64,000 nucleotides of DNA from Paragordius varius (taxonomy: Eukaryota; Animalia; Nematomorpha): NCBI GenBank assembly GCA_964247055.1, contig OZ176053.1, positions 5,332,001-5,396,000 on the forward strand. The letters run 5' to 3'. The notes below the pieces were generated by a model. It was not told the DNA's origin, did not search any database, and was given only the letters and a program-made list of their open reading frames with translations. Positions 55,341 through 64,000 of this stretch are shown here, in pieces. Each line of letters starts with the position of its first letter. Positions within the stretch are counted from its first letter, which is position 1. Both the position numbers and the translations under genes were made by a program.

Positions 55341-58300
55341 CAGTATGCATTTTAATGTCTGTTAAGTAATTTTATTGCCTGCCAAATAACATAAAATGGT
55401 TTATCAAAAGCGTAAAATACTGACCCACGAAATTATTTCGTAGTACACATATGAAAGAAGATTGACGTGAGAATTAACATAGGCTTTAATTTGATGGATA
55501 TTTTGTAATGTTAAATTTTGGGAATATTATAGCAATTTATGTTAACATTTGTAATATTGTTGTTACGTATTTAGATGCGGAATTTTGTGGGTTTTTATCT
55601 TTGATAAATTAATAAATAGTAAAATACGTATTTTAAGATATTTTATGTTAATTATTCCTAAATTTAATAATAAATATTTTTCAACATGCTAAATACCTGT
55701 ATTAATTAATCTTGGTATTATAATTTTATATAGTTGTTATTACTAATTAAAAAAACACAGGTAAATATATATTTGTGAAAATTTAAGTAGATATATGTCT
55801 TTTATGTTTTGCATTATTATTATCAGGTAAAAATTGCGGTTTTTAATAAATTTCCTAAAAATTTAGTTTTTTTTTGTTTTTTAGGTTTTGCATTGTTAGT
55901 TGTAATTAATTACTATTTTTGGACATTATAATAAATAGAGGTAAAAATTGCAGTTTTTAATAAATTTACTAAAATTTTAATTTTTTTGGTTTTGCATTGT
56001 TAATTGTAATTAACTACTACATATTTTGGACATTTTAATAATTACAGGTTTTTTAAGTTTTCATTGTTAATTGTAACTAACTACTGCATATTTTGGACAT
56101 TATAATAATTACAAAATTTAGTAAAAAGTTAATTTTTTTGTTTTAGAGGATTTTCATTGTTAATTGTAATAAATTAATTTAGGACATTTCAATTAATAAA
56201 GGTAAAAAATGAGGTTGATTTAATATTTTCTTGTTCTTTTATTTAATATTGTTAATTGTAATTAATTACTACATATTTGGAAATTTTAATAAATACAGGT
56301 GAAAATGGCGGTTTTTAACAAATTTCAAATGTAACATTTTTTGTATCTTGTATCATTGTTATTTAATTAATTACTAAATATTTTGGACATTTAAAACAAT
56401 GGTGTAAATTGCGGTTTCTATCAACCTTGCTAATTTATTTATTACTATATATTTGTGATACATTGATATATACAGGTAAAAATTACTATGACTTGCGGTT
56501 TTTTGAATTTTTTAAAATATTTTTTTTACATTGATAACTTATATAATAAATATAGTTAACATATCTGAGTAGGTAAAAATGCATGTTACGGTTTTATGTT
56601 TGACATTTTATTTTCCATCAACTATTTATATTTTAACAAACAACTTATGTCACCAAAGATTGAAAATAAGATCAAGATATATAAAACCTCTTTTAAAGTA
56701 TCTGAATATCGCCAAATATAAATAAATTTATTTAAATTATAAATGTATAATTATACAAAATATTCATATTATGTTTGAAATTAACAATCTTCTTATTGAT
56801 ATTAATACAGGTAATTTGTTTTTATAAATGATGTACGATGCGGTGTGCGTTCATGATGATCATATGGATTGAAGAATAGTATAATATGTAGATAATCCTC
56901 AAAATTTTAATCACCATCATTTTTTAGGTAGATTCTATCACCTAAAATATAACTTAATTGATATATTAGAAAATTGATACCGGATTAAATATTGGGGGAA
57001 ACATTCATAGTTTGAAGGGGAACTCAAAAGGTTGACTTGGCTTTTTAACAACAAAATTTTCAAAAAAATATTTTCTTCATGATAAAATATTCAAAAATGA
57101 TACTTTATGTTTTTTTTCGTTCTACCATCCTAAACTATAAATATGAAAAGGCTTATCACCATACCAATGAGGTCAAATAGAAAATAGAAACAAATAATTT
57201 TTTTCAAAAGCTTGGAATGCAACAGCACTCCAAAAGCAGGCAACACTAACATTGTTTGCTTTGGTGAAGAATAATTTTTTATAGTTTAGGATGGTAAAAC
57301 GAAAACGTAAAATAAGGTATCATTTTTGAATTTTTTATCATGAAGAAAATATTTTTTTGCAAATTTAGTTGTTAAAAAGCCAAGTCAACCTTTTGAGTTC
57401 CCTTTCAAACTATGAATGTTTCCCCCAATATTTAATCCAGGTATCAATTTTCTAATATATCATTTATCTTATATTTTAGGTGATAGAATCTACCTAAAAA
57501 ATGATGGTGATTAAAATTTTTAGGATTATCTACATCTTATACTATTCTTCAATCCATATGATCATCATGAACGCACACCGCATCGTACATCATTTATATA
57601 AACAAATTACCTGTATTAATATCAATAAGAAGAATGTTAATATTAAACATAATATGAATATTTTGTATAATAATACATTTATAATTTAAATAAATTTATT
57701 TATATTTGGCGATATTCAGATACTTTAAAAGATGTTTTATATATTTTGATCTTATTTTCAATCTTTGGTGACACAAGTTGTTTGTTAAAATATAAATAGT
57801 TGATTTGGAAAATAAAATGTCAAACATAAAACCGTAACATGCATTTTTACCTACTCAGATATGTTAACTATATTTATTATATAAGTTATCAATGTAAAAA
57901 AAAATATTTTAAAAAATTCAAAAAACCGCAAGTCATATTAATTTTTGTATATATCAATGTATCACAAATATATAGTGATAAATAAATTAGCAAGGTTGAT
58001 AGAAACCGCAATTTACACCATTTTTTTAAATGTCCAAAACATTTAGTAATTAATTAAATAACAATGATACAAGATACAAAAAATGTTACATTTGAAATTT
58101 GCTAAAAACCTCCATTTTCACCTGTATTTATTAAAATTTCCAAATATGTAGTAATTAATTACAATTAAGAATATTAAATAAAAAAACAAGAAAATATTAA
58201 ATTTTATTAAATATAAAAACAACCTCATTTTTTACCTTTATTAATTAAAATGTCCTAAATTAATTTATTACAATTAACAATGAAAATCCTCTAAAACAAA

Positions 58301-59239
58301 AAAATTAACTTTTTACTAAATTTTGTAATTATTATAATGTCCAAAATATCAATTAACAATGCAAAACCTAAAAAAACAAAAAAAACTAAATTTTTACTGA
58401 ATTTGTTAAAAACCGCAATTTTTACCTGTAATTATTAAAATGTCCAAAATATGTAGTAGTTAATTACAATTAACAATGCAAAACCTAAAAAAACAAAATT
58501 TTTACTAAATTTGTTAAAAACCGCAATATTTACCTGTAATTATTAAAATGTCCAAAATATGTAGTAGTTAATTACAATTAACAATGCAAAACCAAAAAAA
58601 TTAAAATTTTAGTAAATTTATTAAAAACTGCAATTTTTACCTCTATTTATTATAATGTCCAAAAATAGTAATTAATTACAACTAACAATGCAAAACCTAA
58701 AAAACAAAAAAAAACTAAATTTTTAGGAAATTTATTAAAAACCGCAATTTTTACCTGATAATAATAATGCAAAACATAAAAGACATATATCTACTTAAAT
58801 TTTCACAAATATATATTTACCTGTGTTTTTTTAATTAGTAATAACAACTATATAAAATTATAATACCAAGATTAATTAATACAGGTATTTAGCATGTTGA
58901 AAAATATTTATTATTAAATTTAGGAATAATTAACATAAAATATCTTAAAATACGTATTTTACTATTTATTAATTTATCAAAGATAAAAACCCACAAAATT
59001 CCGCATCTAAATACGTAACAACAATATTACAAATGTTAACATAAATTGCTATAATATTCCCAAAATTTAACATTACAAAATATCCATCAAATTAAAGCCT
59101 ATGTTAATTCTCACGTCAATCTTCTTTCATATGTGTACTACGAAATAATTTCGTGGGTCAGTATTTTACGCTTTTGATAAACCATTTATGTTATTTGGCA
59201 GGCAATAAAATTACTTAACAGACATTAAAATGCATACTG
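55341..59239. mobile_element. 3.9-kb foldback element: inverted arms of about 1.8 and 1.96 kb with internal tandem repeats, about 136-bp spacer, TA TSD
   Basis: TA|CAGTATGCATTTTAATG...CATTAAAATGCATACTG|TA. Arms 55341-57141 and 57278-59239 are reverse complements. Repeat units of about 105-110 bp contain AAAAACCGCAA. Confidence 0.93.
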
Positions 59240-59890
59240 TAAATAGACCAAAAATATTTATCTAAACCAATTTTTTCGCAAAAAAGTTTTTGGCCGAACA
59301 ATTATAATTGTTTCCCAATTAAGATATAATCTATTACAGTCATGTATATAATGTCAAATATACGTTTTAATTAATTTTACTTTGTTTTTAATTGTTTACA
59401 ATAATAGGCTATTATTATTTTAGAGCTTAAAAATGCGCATGCTCAAAGTTGACATATCCAACATTATAACAATTAAAAACGTATGTTTGACATTTATAAA
59501 TATACATGATTGTAATACCAAACAAAATAAATAAATATACTATTTATTAATACAATGGGATTTGTGAACAAAAAAGATGCAAATAAGCTAATATTTTAAA
59601 AATGCTTAGATTTCACAAAAAATATCAATATATCTATATAAAACATTGGTTTGTCGATTAAATGGAATCATGGCATCCCTCCTTGAATAATATCTCAGTT
59701 AGAGTAGGTAAAGACAAAGATAAGTAATATTAAATTGAAATATGTAAGCATTCAAAAAGTGATAGGTAAATAGGATCTGCATTACAAGTATGTAATCATA
59801 AACGTATAAAAATAAGGTATTTGAGATTTGGTTAAATTATTTTTTAGCAGCAAAGAGAAAGTCAAAATAAACAGTTATAGAGACAGACAG

Positions 59891-62800
59891 CTAATATTTT
59901 CGTTTTTTGTTAGAGTTATTGGAACTCATGTTTCCTCTATCATTGTTATTACTAGTATGGGATTGTCCAGTCGTAGTATAACGTTGCTGTTGTTGATGAT
60001 GTTTTTGAGAACTCCCTCCAGCCAAAACCGTCATATTTGGATTATTTTTCCAAGGTTCGTGTTGTTTAATATTATTCGAATGTTGATGTTGATTATGTAA
60101 ATTAAATCCATTGTTATTATTGATGAACTTGTTGTTTGGTCGAATGATGTGTTGTGCTTGATAGTATGACTGAGATGGGGGTGGCCCACTCAAAAAATTG
60201 CTGTTTATCAAATGATGTTGGTGAGTTGACGTTGCCGAATTTTGATTAGTCGGGGTATTCTCTTCGTTTTGTCGTTCAGAGTGTTGTTTGATACCATTCC
60301 GGTCTCGGGTAGGACTGTTTTCCCTATTATTACTCAAGGGTAATGGGCCAGAAGATGATAATTTTATTAGGTTTGAGGACGGTTGGCTTGAATTACTGTG
60401 ATCTGTTGTACTTTTTTGACTCATATTGTTAAAAAACGTGGATAAAAGATTATGATTTCCACCCTACAAAACGATGAAGGTATTAAAAATTTGGGCTCGC
60501 GTTTACTCTGAAACTATATATTCTACATTATTAACTTGGGTGATATTATATATTTAAGATAAACTTATAGTTTAAAACATATTAACACCTAATTAGATTG
60601 CTGATATGGGTAAGTTTTTAAATAAATGAAGCTGTGCCAAAAAGTAGGCAAAAAATGCATTTAAAATATATTTTGTAAAAACGAATGATTCATCGAGAAT
60701 AGTGAATTAATAATATTAAGAAGTTATTGTAATACTCTAAGAAGTTCAGGATTTGATCCTGGATTAAAGTTTGGTAAAATTGGGTTGGCGGCATCGCCCA
60801 AAGCTGGCCGCATAAAAGGAGAGCCAAACAAGGATGATATATTATTACCATCACGCTGCATAAATATATTTAAAATATGAGAAAACAAATTGTACACATT
60901 TGAAAAAAGGTTGAAATTAAGAGATAGTAATAAACTTGTTAAATTTAAAAATATAGCATAATAAATAGTTGAAAGAAATAAGATGTAATTTTTATATATG
61001 TAATATGTTGGCGTACCTGTAAAGAACTGAAAAGAGTGGAAGGCTTGTCTTTCCTGTTGAACCGCAAAAATAATTAATGATGATGATGAATTAAATAAAA
61101 TTATAAGAACTATATTTTTTATGATAGTGTTTAAAATCTAATATTGAATAGATGAAACATAAAGGCTAAATTTAGGTAAATAAAAGCATTAAACCAAGGG
61201 TGTCCAACAAGCTGCCCGTAAAATTTATGAAACTATATAAAATAAAAATTTTAATAACATTTCGCAAATTATCTTTCTACATCGCCATCGAAACCAATGG
61301 TCGCTTACAATATTGAATGGGAATCAATTCAAATTTTAAGTCATCAGCTGTAGTCATAAATCTTTAACGGCTTCTCAGATAGTATATGAATTCCATACCA
61401 TAAAAACTGATTGTCCTTTGCGGCAAACCATTCGTCCAGCAATCATTCAACGTCTTCGAAATTATTAAAGTACTCTGCTAGCATAAGCCCAACTGATGCA
61501 AGAAGTAATAGTCAAATGGAGGCAGATCAGTACAGTAGATGCGGAAGAGTTTCCCATCAAAGCGATTTTAAGATAGTCTTCAATGGTTTTGCTGTGTGAG
61601 ACAGAGGATTATCATTTAGCAAATCCTTTTCCATGCCTTGTGTTGCCGATTCCGGTATTTTTTGAAGGTATATATAATTTGTTGTAAATAGCGTTAACTA
61701 AAGGTTTCCTCGGACTATAGATTTCATTAACACCGCTCTGGTCCTACTAACCTTAAAGGCTTGTCTAATTGCCGAAGCGATTCGGCTTTGGTGCTGATGG
61801 ACTATTGTGGCAGGGAAAAGGCTGGGATTTTTCATCTTTAGATTAACAAAAAAAACCATTTCTCATCACCCATCACAATTTGATGAAAATGATTTCCTTT
61901 CAGGACGTCGAAGTAGGATTTTACAAATCATTTTGCGTCTTTTGATTTGACGTTTATTCAAATTAAGTAGCCCCCTTTACCGAGCTTATTAATCTTTTCA
62001 ATGACTTGTAGACGTCTATGGATTGTTTTGCGATACATGTAATGCTTCTGCCAATCGCCCTTAGGTTTAATTTTGGCATCATCCAATGACTCTTCTACTT
62101 TATCGTCCTCAGTTTTGTAATCTACCAAAGAGGTCACTCTTTGTTACATTGAAATAACAGAATTTAAATTTGCGAAACCATGTTGAAACATGTTTTAATC
62201 GATGAAGTGCATGCTCATCGTTTCGCCCCGCAATCGATGATTTTAAAAAGTCATATTTTTTTGGTTGGAATAAGTAGCAATGCGTGCCGCAAATCAAATG
62301 TTCTTTTTTAAGTACAAAATCCACCATATTATTATTTGATATTAAAAATATTTGGCAGACTCAAATGAATCTTGGTCATTTATCAAATGAATAAAATGGC
62401 GTTTGTGTCAAATTAATCGTCTGCGTACTTTTTGCTAATGTCCTCTCATATAAACTGTAATACTTATGACTACACCTGGGTGTATCAAACATCACATCTC
62501 CAATTGCTCTTAATATATAATTTTCATTTTATCAATTAAACAATTATAATATTTAAGCTATTCAAATATTATCTTAGAATATTTAGAGGAAAAAAGTTAA
62601 CATATCGATTTATAAATATAATTATATAAATTGATTGTAATCAATTAATAAAAACAAAATCTGAAAAAACACGCAAACAATCTTGTCAAAATACATTTAA
62701 AAGACATATTTCATAGCAAAGCTCAAAGACATAACTATAACATTGCAAATAGTATAAATACTTATTAAAATTAGGCTTGCTGCACATATAAAAAACAAAA

Positions 62801-63988
62801 TTTTAATGTAATCTTTGATCGTATCAAAACAGTTGAAAAATTAATAAATTTAATGAAAATTATTGGTTTAACTACCCAAAACACATTAAATATACAATTT
62901 TTAAGGCCCTTGAAACAAATAAATTTATACGGCCCATTATTGGTGAGTACCACTGCTATATTGGATCATTATAAACCATTAATTATGGCACTAGTAGTGC
63001 ACATCATTTTCTTGCCAATCGATAGTAAGTTATAATTCATTTTTGTTATAATAATAAAAAAGAGTTTCCGAGCTCTCATGGGAAAACGATAAATAAAAAA
63101 TATATCTAATCCATATGCATTGAAAGCTTAGGTTCGATTTCGTCATTTTAAATTTTAAATAAATTTCAGACTTTTTCTAATCAATTTTATTTGGGTTGCG
63201 TTGGTATTTATGCTTGATAATTCATTTAGGTTTAAAATTAAGTAATGTTTACCATGATCTATTAAATACGATCAAATAGTGTATGAGTGATACAAATTTT
63301 TACTTTTCAGTGCCTTTGCGAAAATGCCAAGTAAATGTTTTTTGACAGTACCACTAAAACTGTAATCTGCTATTAATTTACCCAAGATATAATCAAACCA
63401 ATACCACGGAGTGATAGAATTACGGATTGATTTTGTACTGTATATTTTTTCAATATGCTACGCGACACCAATTTTTTTAGAAAAGATACCATTTTTACAT
63501 ATTCTGTAGCCGCATAAAAAGTTTTACAATAAAATCCGACAATATTAAAATGATATCACATCGATGCAAATGTAAGATACGTGTGATTCACCTAATTTTT
63601 TAGGTCAAAAATTTGGTTAAAAAGGAGATTTGTGTTGGACACCCTGATTTAAACGAAAAACTATCATAAATTATAATAAACATACCAGTAAATATTAAAA
63701 AGATAACTCTCATGAAAAAATATGATATCATTCCTTTAATAAAATATACAAGTTTGAAAAAGAGAATTTAAATTTATGGGTCAACTAAGGTGTACGGATA
63801 TAAAATACACAGACGATGCATAACAAATATTTTCACGAAATTTTAATGTTAAAAAAACAATATTTAAAAATATTTAATATAATTCTCATTCAGAAATTTG
63901 AGTCAACAAATTAAATCATAAAAACAAATATACTTTTGTAATAAAGCCTCTTCTACGCGTCTTAATTCTTCTTGGCGTTTGGCAAGTT
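59891..63988 (-). CDS. 3' exons of a DBHS-family RNA-binding protein (NONO/SFPQ/PSPC1/NonA-like); the gene continues beyond the window
   Basis: Exons 63988-63934, 61053-61017, 60855-60736, 60463-59891 are phase-consistent. ELAKRQEELRRVEE matches the DBHS coiled coil (DLMRRQEELRRMEE), and the end NKKRKY* matches the DBHS C-terminal NLS (NKRRRY*). The RRM/NOPS domains are outside the window. Confidence 0.78.
61195..63646. mobile_element. hAT (Charlie-like) non-autonomous element in the DBHS intron
   Basis: Ends CAAGGGTGTCCAAC / GTTGGACACCCTG; flanks CATTAAAC / ATTTAAAC are a partial TSD match. Confidence 0.6.
61344..62479 (-). mobile_element. Decayed mariner transposon (Mos1-like, DD34D)
   Basis: TIRs (T/C)CAG(C/G)TGTAGTCATAA. 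Remnants MVDFVLKKEH, TWFRKFK, IVMGDEKW, KPNRFG, NDNPLSHTA and DEWFAAKD follow Mos1 motif order, with many stops and frameshifts. Confidence 0.92.
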
Positions 63989-64000
63989 CTATCCGTCAAT

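Noticed and set aside
57501-57689. ORF inside the foldback arm as a possible transposase
   Set aside because: Ile/Asn-rich AT-bias translation with no HTH or DDE motif.
55750-58800. Tandem units resembling a CRISPR array
   Set aside because: No unique spacers, degenerate units, eukaryotic context and no cas genes; these are foldback arm repeats.

Overview
Very AT-rich (roughly 25% GC by eye) animal nuclear DNA. Genes are split by GT-AG introns in two size classes: micro-introns of 21-30 nt and longer introns that often carry transposons. About a third of the acceptors I could map end in AAG rather than YAG, so most genes are nearly invisible in the ORF track. Genes reconstructed by hand: the 3' part of a Cys-rich, probably GPI-anchored protein (<1-3879 +); RBBP5 (7532-17081 +, 17 exons, about 1086 aa, roughly twice the usual length); CCDC86 (17114-17482 -); a hidden secreted glycoprotein gene (about 22.0-32.2 kb -) with an antisense RTE retrotransposon in one intron; proteasome subunit PSMA6 (34217-36454 +); and the 3' end of a DBHS (NONO/SFPQ/PSPC1) gene (59891->63988 -). 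The rest is dense with transposons: piggyBac-type MITEs including a four-copy nest, nested hAT elements with TSDs, a decayed mariner, a 3.9-kb foldback palindrome with TA TSD, and an IS630/Tc1-like transposase gene interrupted by host-type micro-introns. The micro-introns suggest a reduced or parasitic lineage (dicyemids and myxozoans are candidates), but the taxon cannot be fixed from this window. No rRNA, tRNA or CRISPR array was seen.
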